Of a stretch of DNA of 64,000 bases, positions 43,971 to 52,820 are shown piece after piece; position 1 is the stretch's first letter; every line of letters starts with the position of its first letter. The stretch lies in the IMG/VR virus record IMGVR_UViG_3300036406_001149; one strand, written 5' to 3'. Source of the stretch: a virus. The translations under genes and the position numbers were made by a program. The notes under the pieces were generated by a model. It was given only the letters and a program-made list of their open reading frames with translations, was not told the DNA's origin and searched no databases.

Positions 43971-44561
43971 ATGACTAAAACACAAATATGTAGTAAATGC
44001 AATATAAGAAAACCAGTAAGTCAATATCATGCTGATCATAGACCAAACAGTAAAAAAGGGATTATAGCTAAATGCAAATCTTGCTGTAGAAAAATAAGTC
44101 AAGAATGGAGAGCGACTCATAAAGATACTAGAGATAGGACAGAATATAGAAAAACATATTATGAAAAAAATAAAGACAAGTTTCAACAATGGAATAAAGA
44201 TTGGAGAAAAATTAATGATCGTTCTCAGTATCATAGAGAATATAGAGATAAAAACCCATCAGCAAGAATAGCCTGCTATTGTAGAAATAGAATTAGAAAT
44301 GCAATTAAAAATGGATATAAGGCTAGTAGTTCTTTAAGTCTAACTGGATGCAATAACTGGAATGAATTAAAAATATATTTGGAATCTAAATTTACAGATG
44401 GAATGACATGGGAAAATATGGGACAATGGCATATTGATCATGTTAAACCTTGTTCTAGTTTTGATTTAACTGATTTAGAACGACAAAAAGAATGTTTTCA
44501 TTATACAAATTTGCAACCTTTATGGGCTAAAGAGAATCTCTCTAAGAGTAATAAATACTAA
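43971..44561 (+). CDS. Free-standing HNH (homing-type) endonuclease
   Basis: CxxC...CxxC N-terminus; MTWENMGQWHIDHVKPCSSFDL...FHYTNLQPLWAKENLSK; opposite strand to neighbours. Confidence 0.8.
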   Translation: MTKTQICSKCNIRKPVSQYHADHRPNSKKGIIAKCKSCCRKISQEWRATHKDTRDRTEYRKTYYEKNKDKFQQWNKDWRKINDRSQYHREYRDKNPSARIACYCRNRIRNAIKNGYKASSSLSLTGCNNWNELKIYLESKFTDGMTWENMGQWHIDHVKPCSSFDLTDLERQKECFHYTNLQPLWAKENLSKSNKY

Positions 44562-44566
44562 TTATT

Positions 44567-45208
44567 TTATTCGTATTCAGCCAGCAATGCTTGACGAATA
44601 GTATCTGTAAGATTATAACGATCTAGATAAAAAGATAGATCGGAATTAAAAGTATTCGGCATATGCTCCAGCACTCTTTCTGAATAAATAGGATTCTTAG
44701 GTCTCATTCTTAATTCTCTATTTAAATGATAAGACCACAAATAAGCATTGGCAGCACGAATATACTTATCAGTATCAAAATCCTCAATAGGACAATTCTT
44801 AACTAATTTCAGAACTCTTTTTTCACAATCATGTTCTATCTCTAGAATATCATGCAAACTTTGATCTAGTTCTTGTTGAGTAAACTTATTATCCTTAATA
44901 AAAGCATTATGAACCAGTGAGGGGAAACTAATCCAGTCAAAAAGAATATCATAAGTAGACATACTTTTATCCCATAATTTACGATCAGTTTTCCATTGTA
45001 AGAAATGACAATATTCATGAATCAGAATCTCAAAGCCCATGTGATGCTTCATAGCCACCACAAATTCTCTCTCATTTTCATCAATAGAACACCATCCACC
45101 ACAAGCATCTGGTAGTTGTTCTACGTTATATAATAGTACAGAGAATCCATGATCAAGTAATTCTCTAACAATTTTAAGAGTTAAGTTAGGTTTGGTTTCC
45201 ATATTCAA
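44567..45208 (-). CDS. HExxH zinc-metallopeptidase-like protein
   Basis: LIHEYCHFLQ and a downstream EHDCE. Confidence 0.55.
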   Translation of the reverse strand: MNMETKPNLTLKIVRELLDHGFSVLLYNVEQLPDACGGWCSIDENEREFVVAMKHHMGFEILIHEYCHFLQWKTDRKLWDKSMSTYDILFDWISFPSLVHNAFIKDNKFTQQELDQSLHDILEIEHDCEKRVLKLVKNCPIEDFDTDKYIRAANAYLWSYHLNRELRMRPKNPIYSERVLEHMPNTFNSDLSFYLDRYNLTDTIRQALLAEYE

Positions 45209-45380
45209 ACTGTTCTACTGAATGGATTTTAACTACCTGAAATTTAATACGATATTGATTCTTAAATTGAAAAATAGCATCCTCTTCTGAATCAGCATCT
45301 ATAACTTGATTAATTAAAAGATGTTGCTTAGAAGTGTCATGTAATTCATACACCTGTGCTGTGATATTATACATTTCCAT
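45186..45380 (-). CDS. Hypothetical protein
   Basis: ORF track. Confidence 0.5.
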   Translation of the reverse strand: MEMYNITAQVYELHDTSKQHLLINQVIDADSEEDAIFQFKNQYRIKFQVVKIHSVEQFEYGNQT

Positions 45381-46014
45381 TATTCCATCCTAGTGCTTCT
45401 GAAACTGTGGGGAATTGTTCTGAAAAAACTTTCTTGATTTCTTCTACAATAAGTCTATGTTCTTTTTGAGTTCCATTTGAGGATCGTAATTCAATATAGT
45501 GAATCCAACTACGAATAGAACCACTCATATAAAGTCTAGTGGGAGTTGCTAATGGCAAAACAAATCTAGCACATTCTTTAGCTATGCCGTCAGCTATCAT
45601 ACCATCATAGATAGACTTAGCTTTTGCAAAATGTTCACGAATTTTAGTATTCCATTTTACTTTAGTCTCATCAGATATATCATCAATACTATTCTGTCTA
45701 TTTTTATTGTCTTGTCTTCGCAATTCAAAAGTTGGAATATCTTCAGCTAGTAATGTAGTATCAGCATATCTTTGACTAAATTCCTGAAAAGTAAAACTTC
45801 TATGTCTGAGAATTTGAGCAGCTAATCCTCTTGTGGTGTTGATTTCAACGGTCATAAAAGCTTGTTCAAAAATACTCCAGTGCTGATGCTTAATGCAATA
45901 AGCCAATAGCTTTGAATAATTGTCGTTGTCTTGATTACTTGGATTACTTACTCTGGCACAATATGCCATTAACTTTTCTGCGTCTGGAGTCACTGAAATT
46001 AGTTTTACACTCAT
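45367..46014 (-). CDS. thyX: Flavin-dependent thymidylate synthase
   Basis: [24 protein letters not shown] (RHRx7SxR), [14 protein letters not shown]. Confidence 0.93.
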   Translation of the reverse strand: MSVKLISVTPDAEKLMAYCARVSNPSNQDNDNYSKLLAYCIKHQHWSIFEQAFMTVEINTTRGLAAQILRHRSFTFQEFSQRYADTTLLAEDIPTFELRRQDNKNRQNSIDDISDETKVKWNTKIREHFAKAKSIYDGMIADGIAKECARFVLPLATPTRLYMSGSIRSWIHYIELRSSNGTQKEHRLIVEEIKKVFSEQFPTVSEALGWNNGNV

Positions 46015-46244
46015 ACTTGATCCTCTGTATATGATATTTCAAACTCTTCTAATGGACAAAGTTCCTCATCCCAAAATCCATTCTTTAGTCCTCTACCAAG
46101 AATATGTCCAGCTTTTAGCCAAACGGCATAGTCATCAACAGCCATTCTCTTTAAAGTTCTTCCCCAATCGCATATTGTAGCATCAAAAACTTCTGTTCCA
46201 GTATCAAACCATTCGTCTGATTTAGACACAAATTTGACATACAT
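46011..46244 (-). CDS. Hypothetical protein
   Basis: ORF track. Confidence 0.5.
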   Translation of the reverse strand: MYVKFVSKSDEWFDTGTEVFDATICDWGRTLKRMAVDDYAVWLKAGHILGRGLKNGFWDEELCPLEEFEISYTEDQV

Positions 46245-46894
46245 TATTCTTTTGCCTCTTTAAATTCATAAAAGTATTCTTCTTCTTCTGATTTACTTAC
46301 CCACCTACTACCAGTATGCTCACAACTAAATTCTTTACTAAAAACTTTCCAATCTGGTTTCTTGTCAAATGTTTTTGCTATCCAACTTCCGCCATCCATC
46401 CATAATACCCTATTATTTGGTTGAATAAAATATTGACCATTTCCTTCAAATACATGACCGCATTTATGACCAGCAGCCATTTCTCCATAACCCAATTCAT
46501 ACTGCGACCCTAAACACCAATCAATAGTAAAGAGATATTTTACTTTTTCAAAAGCCTGATCTTTTAACATAATTTTAGCAGCCCTGTTCTTCGTATAAGA
46601 ATTTATACTCATAGAGCAATAGTAACTAATACTATCCCATAGTTGAATCCAGTCCAGAGGATAATCAGTTCCTCCAACATTTTTTGTTCTTAAATAATGA
46701 ATAGGAACTCTGGCATGTTGACTGCCATATTCTGTCATTATAGAAAATAAACCACACCTTTGAGGAATACTTGTAAAAGAAAAAACCTCTACAGGAATTC
46801 TACTGGCATTGATATCTGGTAATTTATCATATAGAAATGAAGTATCTAGGTATGAGCAGAATGTTGGGATATCAATATTAAGATAATTGCTCAT
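46244..46894 (-). CDS. Conserved phage hypothetical protein
   Basis: ARVPIH, IQLWD, YLFTIDW, HKCGH, QPNNR. Confidence 0.6.
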   Translation of the reverse strand: MSNYLNIDIPTFCSYLDTSFLYDKLPDINASRIPVEVFSFTSIPQRCGLFSIMTEYGSQHARVPIHYLRTKNVGGTDYPLDWIQLWDSISYYCSMSINSYTKNRAAKIMLKDQAFEKVKYLFTIDWCLGSQYELGYGEMAAGHKCGHVFEGNGQYFIQPNNRVLWMDGGSWIAKTFDKKPDWKVFSKEFSCEHTGSRWVSKSEEEEYFYEFKEAKE

Positions 46895-47142
46895 GAGTAA
46901 TCCGATATTGTTATTTGTTTAGTTTCTTGTTTATTGTCTTGAAATTCTTTTTGATGATCTGTCCATTTATTATCCGTAATATGATTAAAGATGGCAGTAG
47001 CTACTTTACTAACGCTTTTAGCCACTCCACTAGCATCTGGCCCAGCATCTAACTTAGCCCAATAATAAAGACCATCTTCTTTGTCTTTAATTACTTCATA
47101 GCCTTTTGTTTTAGCCCACTTTTTAATTTCAGAGATCATCAT
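46891..47142 (-). CDS. Hypothetical protein
   Basis: ORF track. Confidence 0.55.
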   Translation of the reverse strand: MMISEIKKWAKTKGYEVIKDKEDGLYYWAKLDAGPDASGVAKSVSKVATAIFNHITDNKWTDHQKEFQDNKQETKQITISDYS

Positions 47143-47143
47143 G

Positions 47144-47422
47144 TTAGCAACTCATATTACCAGATTTGGGTGGTTTGTCAACAAACTTACGAATAGAAGA
47201 ATCATAATTCTCAAAAGGTTTGTCGTAATGTTTCCAAGCTTCGCTATGTTTAATAGCAACCAGTTGTTTTTCTTGTTCTGACAATCTTTGTCTTTGATAT
47301 TCGATAAGTTTATACAGCTCGATAATGTAGTCTAATACCGGCTGGCCTTTGTATTGAGTCAATATATTATTAACTTTAGAAATATCTACAGGATCATATT
47401 TGAAGGTTCCGTCCCAACTCAT
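47144..47422 (-). CDS. Hypothetical protein
   Basis: ORF track. Confidence 0.55.
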   Translation of the reverse strand: MSWDGTFKYDPVDISKVNNILTQYKGQPVLDYIIELYKLIEYQRQRLSEQEKQLVAIKHSEAWKHYDKPFENYDSSIRKFVDKPPKSGNMSC

Positions 47423-47772
47423 TTCTGCATCATCTCCTCATAGGTTATTTTGTTTTTGTGTTCAAACCCTTTGCAAAATGCCGTCTTGTAAATTTCTTTT
47501 ACGGTTTCAATATGGTCAAAATCATATAAAAAATCTCTGTTGTTCTTAGCCCATTCTACCCAAGATTTTTCATCATCACTCTCTCCGTATAAATCTTCAA
47601 AATAAACATCAGTAGGATCGTAGCTGGCTTTATTCAGCCTAGTGTCTATAGTTCCAAAAACTATACGATTATTCTCAATATCTTTAAAAATTGATGAGAC
47701 AACTAAGTTATCCAAAAAACAATTGTATATTGTATCTCCTACTTTAATACTTTCAACCAGATCTATTCTCAT
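47419..47772 (-). CDS. Hypothetical protein
   Basis: ORF track. Confidence 0.55.
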   Translation of the reverse strand: MRIDLVESIKVGDTIYNCFLDNLVVSSIFKDIENNRIVFGTIDTRLNKASYDPTDVYFEDLYGESDDEKSWVEWAKNNRDFLYDFDHIETVKEIYKTAFCKGFEHKNKITYEEMMQK

Positions 47773-48388
47773 AATGATTTTCTCCGTACTGATGATAATG
47801 TTCTATTACGCTTAAGATTATATTAGAATTAGTAATTAAATTAGTAACATCTGTATCTTTATCCAGAATATACGCCTGAAGTTCGTCGTACAACATATAA
47901 GTATGATAGTCTTTATTGATTAGGTACTGCATAGCATACTTTATGTGTTCTAGTTGAGAGTCAAATAATTTAGTTATAGCAGTTTTGTAAGGTTTACTAT
48001 AATCGAATAGAGCATGATTTAGTTCATGATGTAGAACGTCGTCACTATTTGCTCCTATAATATAGAAAGGATCAGTTTTAGGAGAATAACGAAAAAATTC
48101 TATTAATTCTTGCTCTAGTGTTGTAAGAGGATCAAACAGTCCATTTATAAATGGGGTTATGATCCTACTTGGTATATTAAATCCAGTCCAATCAGAATAG
48201 TATGTAAATGCTCCACGCCTTTGAGTGTACCATTGTTGATACTCTCCTCTTGTAAATGGTCTGCATCTAAAATCATTATTTGGACTTTCATAATGCTCTT
48301 GTAGTCTTAGAAAAGCAGATGCTAGTTCTACATTGGATACTGCTTGTATTCTAAAAGAATTATATGGTGCTGATTCGATAGTAAGCAT
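47753..48388 (-). CDS. Hypothetical protein with HExxH motif
   Basis: LHHELNHALF. Confidence 0.5.
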   Translation of the reverse strand: MLTIESAPYNSFRIQAVSNVELASAFLRLQEHYESPNNDFRCRPFTRGEYQQWYTQRRGAFTYYSDWTGFNIPSRIITPFINGLFDPLTTLEQELIEFFRYSPKTDPFYIIGANSDDVLHHELNHALFDYSKPYKTAITKLFDSQLEHIKYAMQYLINKDYHTYMLYDELQAYILDKDTDVTNLITNSNIILSVIEHYHQYGENHYENRSG

Positions 48389-48477
48389 TAAACTAAATAC
48401 CAGTAAACAAGCAGATATACAATTAATACCATACAGATATCAATAATCCATGAAAAATCAAATGTTTGTTGAGACAT
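48388..48477 (-). CDS. 29-aa hydrophobic peptide
   Basis: Below ORF-track cutoff: MSQQTFDFSWIIDICMVLIVYLLVYWYLV; its stop overlaps the next ATG. Confidence 0.4.
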   Translation of the reverse strand: MSQQTFDFSWIIDICMVLIVYLLVYWYLV

Positions 48478-48486
48478 ACTACCGTA

Positions 48487-48515
48487 ATCATACCATATCG
48501 ACCATGCGTTGTCAA
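48487..48515 (-). promoter_or_regulatory. Sigma70-type promoter TTGACA-17-TATGAT
   Basis: Spacer ACGCATGGTCGATATGG; 15 nt downstream of tRNA-Gly. Confidence 0.75.
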
Positions 48516-48529
48516 CCTCTTTAACTAAA

Positions 48530-48601
48530 AGCGAGAGAAGGGACTTGAACCCTCAACATTTAGGTTGGAAACCTAACGCTCTGCCATTGAGCTACTCTCG
48601 C
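48530..48601 (-). tRNA. tRNA-Gly(UCC), CCA not encoded
   Basis: GCGAGAG/CTCTCGC acceptor with U73; GCTC/GAGC D-stem; TTAGG-TTTCCAA-CCTAA; GAGGG-TTCAAGT-CCCTT. Confidence 0.93.
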
Positions 48602-48606
48602 ATTTT

Positions 48607-48876
48607 TCATTCATTATCTTCGCAACTCAATTTTCCTATTGGGTGATTTGGGTTAGCAAATAAAGATATTCTGCCATCATTATATTTGATTTTGTATAGA
48701 TAGATTTTATCTATCGTAGGGTCTTGTTGCAATCTTTCTATTAATCTCTCTGCTTCATATTCGCTGAGTCTGGTTTTGTACTTAGGGATATATTCTTTTT
48801 GTTCTTTACCCATGCTTTTGTAGGTATAGTACATTCTGTCTTCGCAATCACTATCTATATTAGTGCGGATAATCAT
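48607..48876 (-). CDS. Hypothetical protein
   Basis: ORF track; GAGG RBS. Confidence 0.5.
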   Translation of the reverse strand: MIIRTNIDSDCEDRMYYTYKSMGKEQKEYIPKYKTRLSEYEAERLIERLQQDPTIDKIYLYKIKYNDGRISLFANPNHPIGKLSCEDNE

Positions 48877-48902
48877 AACAACCTCATTGATAAGAGTCTA
48901 TT

Positions 48903-48915
48903 ATAATAATACCCC
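48903..48915 (-). promoter_or_regulatory. Class II promoter motif GGGGTATTATTAT
   Basis: About 27 nt upstream of ATG 48876. Confidence 0.4.
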
Positions 48916-49482
48916 TTACGATTGGGTTTTGATCTTTTGAGTAAATAGTTTTTGTAGTTCTTTGAAACTCCACGGTTGCCCAAAGGGCTTGTTGTAGTTG
49001 ACCGTATTATCTACTCCAACATCTAGTGTTAATCTTTCAGAAGTCTTATCTTCATTGTTTAAGCGAGAGTGTACATGACCGTAAAGCATCCAAGACCCCT
49101 TATGACTAGCGGGCCATGAACGATGAGGATAATGACTTAAATATATTCTTTGATTACAGTAAATTATTTCTTTAACATCATATGTTGAGGTAAAGCCGTT
49201 CATATCTTTGGTGATTTCGTCTAAATAATAGTCTGTGTTTTTATCATGATTACCAAAAATTAAATGAACATCCCTACAGTTTATACGCAATCTGTAGTCT
49301 ATTGGTTTCTTTCCTTTAAAACAAAAATCTCCTAGTATATACAAAGTATCATCATGTCCAACAACTTCATTTATATTGTCGAAAATTATTTGATCCATTA
49401 TATGGACATTATCAAATGGACGATCACAATGTTTGATTATGTTGGAATGCCCGAAATGAGTATCACTAGTAAAATAAATCAT
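48916..49482 (-). CDS. Calcineurin-like metallophosphoesterase
   Basis: YFTSDTHFGH, LGDF, GNHD, LSHYP, GHVH. Confidence 0.88.
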   Translation of the reverse strand: MIYFTSDTHFGHSNIIKHCDRPFDNVHIMDQIIFDNINEVVGHDDTLYILGDFCFKGKKPIDYRLRINCRDVHLIFGNHDKNTDYYLDEITKDMNGFTSTYDVKEIIYCNQRIYLSHYPHRSWPASHKGSWMLYGHVHSRLNNEDKTSERLTLDVGVDNTVNYNKPFGQPWSFKELQKLFTQKIKTQS

Positions 49483-49832
49483 TGTAGTATCTCGTTCAAT
49501 ATGATATCCTGTTTATCTTTGTTTAAGTATAAAGCTTCAAACTCTGCATCAGAAATACCTTCCAATAAACTTTGCTTCACGCTATAATTCATATTAGACA
49601 GAGTGATGTGTTGCTTAATAAAGCTTATACCTTTATCTTTAGCGATTTTGCCAATAAAATTCCTACCCCATCCATTGGTTACATTACGAACGTCCTTGAA
49701 ATCAATATCTACATTAAAGCCTAATTCAATTTCTTCAAGTACAGACTTACGCAATTCTGTAGCAAGTTTAGTGCTACTCAGGTCACTACCGTACATATCT
49801 TTAATTTCGTAATAAATCAATGGGCCTTTCAT
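49479..49832 (-). CDS. Stand-alone STAS-like (DUF4325-type) protein
   Basis: GSDLSSTKLATELR...VDIDFKDVRNVT..WGRNFIGKI. Confidence 0.65.
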   Translation of the reverse strand: MKGPLIYYEIKDMYGSDLSSTKLATELRKSVLEEIELGFNVDIDFKDVRNVTNGWGRNFIGKIAKDKGISFIKQHITLSNMNYSVKQSLLEGISDAEFEALYLNKDKQDIILNEILQ

Positions 49833-50044
49833 GGTTCCTCTTTGTCAAAGTCTAATAGGTTTGGATTAAGTAGATCAATCATATAGTCTTTTGTTATAGC
49901 AATCTTTAGTTCATCTCTCCATTTTTCGTTCTTTTCTTGTTTTGCTGTTATCCAAATATCTGTTATAATTTTGTCTACCAAATCACAAACCTTAATAAAA
50001 TCACTTTTATCTAAATTTGCCAATTCTTTTTTAATGTCAATCAT
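49829..50044 (-). CDS. Small protein, paralogue of 59766-60068
   Basis: IKxELxxLDxxDFxxVxDLVDKI and KDYMIDLxNPxLLDFD. Confidence 0.65.
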   Translation of the reverse strand: MIDIKKELANLDKSDFIKVCDLVDKIITDIWITAKQEKNEKWRDELKIAITKDYMIDLLNPNLLDFDKEEP

Positions 50045-50250
50045 AACTTATTTTTCCAATCCTCTTGTAGTTTCTTTAGGGTTTTGGAAACATTATCTTC
50101 TATATAATATGGATCATGATCTGATTCTACAATCTCTCTATATTTTTCAGGATGGATTCCGTGAAGGACATTCATTAAAGCTTGACCATATCTCCAATTA
50201 AAGTTAGTGCTTGTACTATCAACTAACTTAATAAATTCTTCATAACTCAT
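50041..50250 (-). CDS. Hypothetical protein
   Basis: WRYGQALMNVL...DPYY, common small phage protein style. Confidence 0.55.
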   Translation of the reverse strand: MSYEEFIKLVDSTSTNFNWRYGQALMNVLHGIHPEKYREIVESDHDPYYIEDNVSKTLKKLQEDWKNKL

Positions 50251-50458
50251 TTGTTATACTTTCATTTAGATTGTTTAATGCATCAATTATATCTAACAAT
50301 AAGCTAGTATCAAATTCATGCTCAAATGGTAAAAATACCCAATTTTGGTTTTCTTTCATCAAGAAATATCCATATTGACACTTATAATGTATATCGCTCA
50401 TCCATTCCAAATGAAGAGGGTCGAATTTTGACGAGGTAATAGAATTTGGATATGTCAT
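50240..50458 (-). CDS. Hypothetical protein
   Basis: ORF track. Confidence 0.5.
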   Translation of the reverse strand: MTYPNSITSSKFDPLHLEWMSDIHYKCQYGYFLMKENQNWVFLPFEHEFDTSLLLDIIDALNNLNESITNEL

Positions 50459-50655
50459 TATTTCAAACTTTCTCTTATCGCAACCTTGGCATCATCCCAG
50501 CCTTGATGGTATGCTGCCTCAAGCCATGTTTTAATTTCTTGCCAGTTGTCTACAGGGTCTTTTGGGTTTTTAACTAGGTCATCGTATGCTCTTTCAGAGC
50601 GTAACGAGAATCCTTCTATTGTATTTAGCCAATCTTCAAAAGTTGTCATTATCAT
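50458..50655 (-). CDS. Hypothetical protein
   Basis: ORF track; follows structured leader. Confidence 0.55.
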   Translation of the reverse strand: MIMTTFEDWLNTIEGFSLRSERAYDDLVKNPKDPVDNWQEIKTWLEAAYHQGWDDAKVAIRESLK

Positions 50656-50659
50656 TCTC

Positions 50660-50763
50660 GTTTAATAATAGAGCGGTATTTCTCAGTATTACACAGAATC
50701 CCGCTAAGAGTCTACGGAAGTTGATTGTGGGGATACCCGCGACCCCTACCTTTCGGCATCAAC
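50660..50763 (-). ncRNA. Structured 5' leader / candidate cis-regulatory RNA
   Basis: Begins at the predicted TSS; GTTGAT/ATCAAC closes a three-way junction with a GCC-GAAA-GGT hairpin and a GGGG/CCCC hairpin. Confidence 0.45.
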
Positions 50764-50769
50764 ATTTTA

Positions 50770-50797
50770 ATTATACTACCCGATACTAGACTGTCAA
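50770..50797 (-). promoter_or_regulatory. Sigma70-type promoter TTGACA-16-TATAAT
   Basis: Direct match. Confidence 0.75.
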
Positions 50798-51403
50798 TAG
50801 TTCCGTTTCCAATTCATTTAAACATCTAAAGTCAGTGCCACTTATATTCATATTCCAACTCTTATGATAATGACCGAATCGCCACTTCTTAGGTTGATGA
50901 ATATTAAATAGCTCTTGCAAAGCCCACCCTGTTAGGTTCTCATATTTTCTTTGGTTAGCATCTAATATCTTTAAACTAACCTCGTCTGGACAATCATGAG
51001 TTAAAACAATATCAGGCTTGATCTGTCTATAAAGCTCTCTGGCCTTCATGAATTGATCAATAGTAACCTGTTCTTGCTCCCACCAATCTATCCCAACTGT
51101 TCTATACTGACGATCAATACTATAAGCACCACGATAAAAAAAGAATGATATTCCATTCAATGTGGTGAAACCATAATCTCCCAAGTAATGAGGAATATGA
51201 ATAATCCTATCATAATGGTCATGATTACCCCCTATGATCTTGTGTTTCTGATCGTCCACATTAAATACTGTACCATAGTCGAACCCGAAATCTCCTAATT
51301 GGATAGTATATGGATGACGATCTTTTTCTCTGATAATTTCATGGTATCTTTTGTATTTACCGTGGACATCACCAATTAGAGTTATTGAATTATTCATATC
51401 CAT
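50786..51403 (-). CDS. Calcineurin-like metallophosphoesterase (second copy)
   Basis: IGDVHG, QLGDFG, GNHD, THDCP, FGHYH. Confidence 0.88.
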   Translation of the reverse strand: MDMNNSITLIGDVHGKYKRYHEIIREKDRHPYTIQLGDFGFDYGTVFNVDDQKHKIIGGNHDHYDRIIHIPHYLGDYGFTTLNGISFFFYRGAYSIDRQYRTVGIDWWEQEQVTIDQFMKARELYRQIKPDIVLTHDCPDEVSLKILDANQRKYENLTGWALQELFNIHQPKKWRFGHYHKSWNMNISGTDFRCLNELETELLTV

Positions 51404-51674
51404 TTAAAGGATCGTTTTCATAAGGATAACTAAACGGCCCCAAGATTCTCTTTCTTGTTTCTTTCAGTAAATCAATTACATCATTAAAACAAGACTCGCA
51501 CAGATCAACCTCAAATCTTGATCCATCATTTTTTGAGCCATATCCCCAACAAGATTCAAGAGTGGCATAATCTGGCCCGACATCTGGATAGTTAGTGGTA
51601 CTTTTTCCACAAATATCACAGTTTACATCATCAAGGACTTTTCTTATTTCTTCTTTATATGTTCTCATCACCAT
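51390..51674 (-). CDS. Small Zn-binding-type hypothetical protein
   Basis: CDICG...DLCESC. Confidence 0.55.
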   Translation of the reverse strand: MVMRTYKEEIRKVLDDVNCDICGKSTTNYPDVGPDYATLESCWGYGSKNDGSRFEVDLCESCFNDVIDLLKETRKRILGPFSYPYENDPLNGYE

Positions 51675-51868
51675 CTTCGTGACGGGTCACGCCTCTTGAA
51701 TTGTTTCCCTTTAATTCTAAGCGTTGAAAAATCATCTGGCAATACATTGGCTTGTTTGGGGGACATCCCAATATATTCTGCAAAATAATTCATCGTTTTC
51801 TTATATCCATCAATAATAACATCTTTGGAACAAGTTTTCTTCAACAAATCTTCAAAACTCTTAGCCAT
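51668..51868 (-). CDS. Hypothetical protein
   Basis: ORF track. Confidence 0.5.
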   Translation of the reverse strand: MAKSFEDLLKKTCSKDVIIDGYKKTMNYFAEYIGMSPKQANVLPDDFSTLRIKGKQFKRRDPSRRW

Positions 51869-51940
51869 TATTGATAATCTCCAGAATAGTTTCTGCTAGT
51901 GTTGAATGTCCAACTTTATATAGTTTTTCTTTGTGTGTTT

Positions 51941-52315
51941 TCATATTTGTTTAAAAATCTCATATTCTGGGTATGGTTTAATAATCCATCCTAAATTTAG
52001 AAGATCGTTTTCTATTTCCGAAGTAACACAGCTTTCTGCTACATATCCTTTGCAGTTATCTGCACCAATACCAGAACAATACCAATCCATGTAATCCATA
52101 GAATCTCTGACGGTATTGATATTATCATTATTACGAATAAGTTCAGCAACTAATCCTCCTGCGTATCTCCATGAGCAAGTCCATTCTTCGTCGTATTTAA
52201 AAAAACGATTATTACATAGGGCTGCATATAAGTTTTGAGCATAGGCATCTCTTTCCCTACATTTTGTACGAATATATTCTGTCTTTAATAGATCGTGTTC
52301 TAGTGAAATTTTCAT
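51941..52315 (-). CDS. Conserved phage hypothetical protein
   Basis: YAQNLYAALCNN...WTCSWRYAGGLVA...YMDWYCSG. Confidence 0.6.
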   Translation of the reverse strand: MKISLEHDLLKTEYIRTKCRERDAYAQNLYAALCNNRFFKYDEEWTCSWRYAGGLVAELIRNNDNINTVRDSMDYMDWYCSGIGADNCKGYVAESCVTSEIENDLLNLGWIIKPYPEYEIFKQI

Positions 52316-52548
52316 TTTCCATATTTACTTTTCAGTAAATCTACGATTTGTCCAGCGGTAAAAGGTACGCTATTGCCACCAAAATAATATTGTCCTGTTA
52401 GGTAGATCATATCATTTAATATCTGATCACTATTATAGATTTTAGGCCACTTGGGATTATATTCCTGTTTCATGTACTCCCAAACGCTATTATAGAAATC
52501 ACATACCAGTTCATTGGCTTTTTCGTTCATGTGTAACCTCTTTCGCAT
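52312..52548 (-). CDS. Hypothetical protein
   Basis: ORF track. Confidence 0.5.
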   Translation of the reverse strand: MRKRLHMNEKANELVCDFYNSVWEYMKQEYNPKWPKIYNSDQILNDMIYLTGQYYFGGNSVPFTAGQIVDLLKSKYGK

Positions 52549-52581
52549 TTAATTATAGATAAATCTTTAAGATGATTAGTG

Positions 52582-52764
52582 TTACTTAGACTTTTTTGCC
52601 AAAGTTTTCAGAATAGACAAATACTTCTCAGCATCTTCTTTGGAATCAAATTCTGTGACAATTCCTTGATTACTATTAGAAGATAGTGTAATAGGCTCGT
52701 TGTTTTTGGTCACAACAAACTTATTATTTAATTGCTTAACGTGATATTCAATTTGAGTATTCAT
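52582..52764 (-). CDS. Hypothetical protein
   Basis: First gene after promoter 52821-52849. Confidence 0.55.
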   Translation of the reverse strand: MNTQIEYHVKQLNNKFVVTKNNEPITLSSNSNQGIVTEFDSKEDAEKYLSILKTLAKKSK

Positions 52765-52820
52765 TTTTCTTTCTTAAAAAATAGAGAGTAAATATAAGAT
52801 GCTAAACCCTAACGACACTC

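Noticed and set aside
30180-48530. Theta (HDV-like) ribozymes 3' of the tRNAs or tmRNA
   Set aside because: The trailers run directly into promoters or a start codon; no nested P1/P2/P3 pseudoknot or catalytic-C junction could be drawn.
50690-50763. c-di-GMP-I riboswitch, suggested by GAAA and TAGCGGG
   Set aside because: The GGCAAAC and GACGCAAA core segments are absent; retained only as an unclassified leader.
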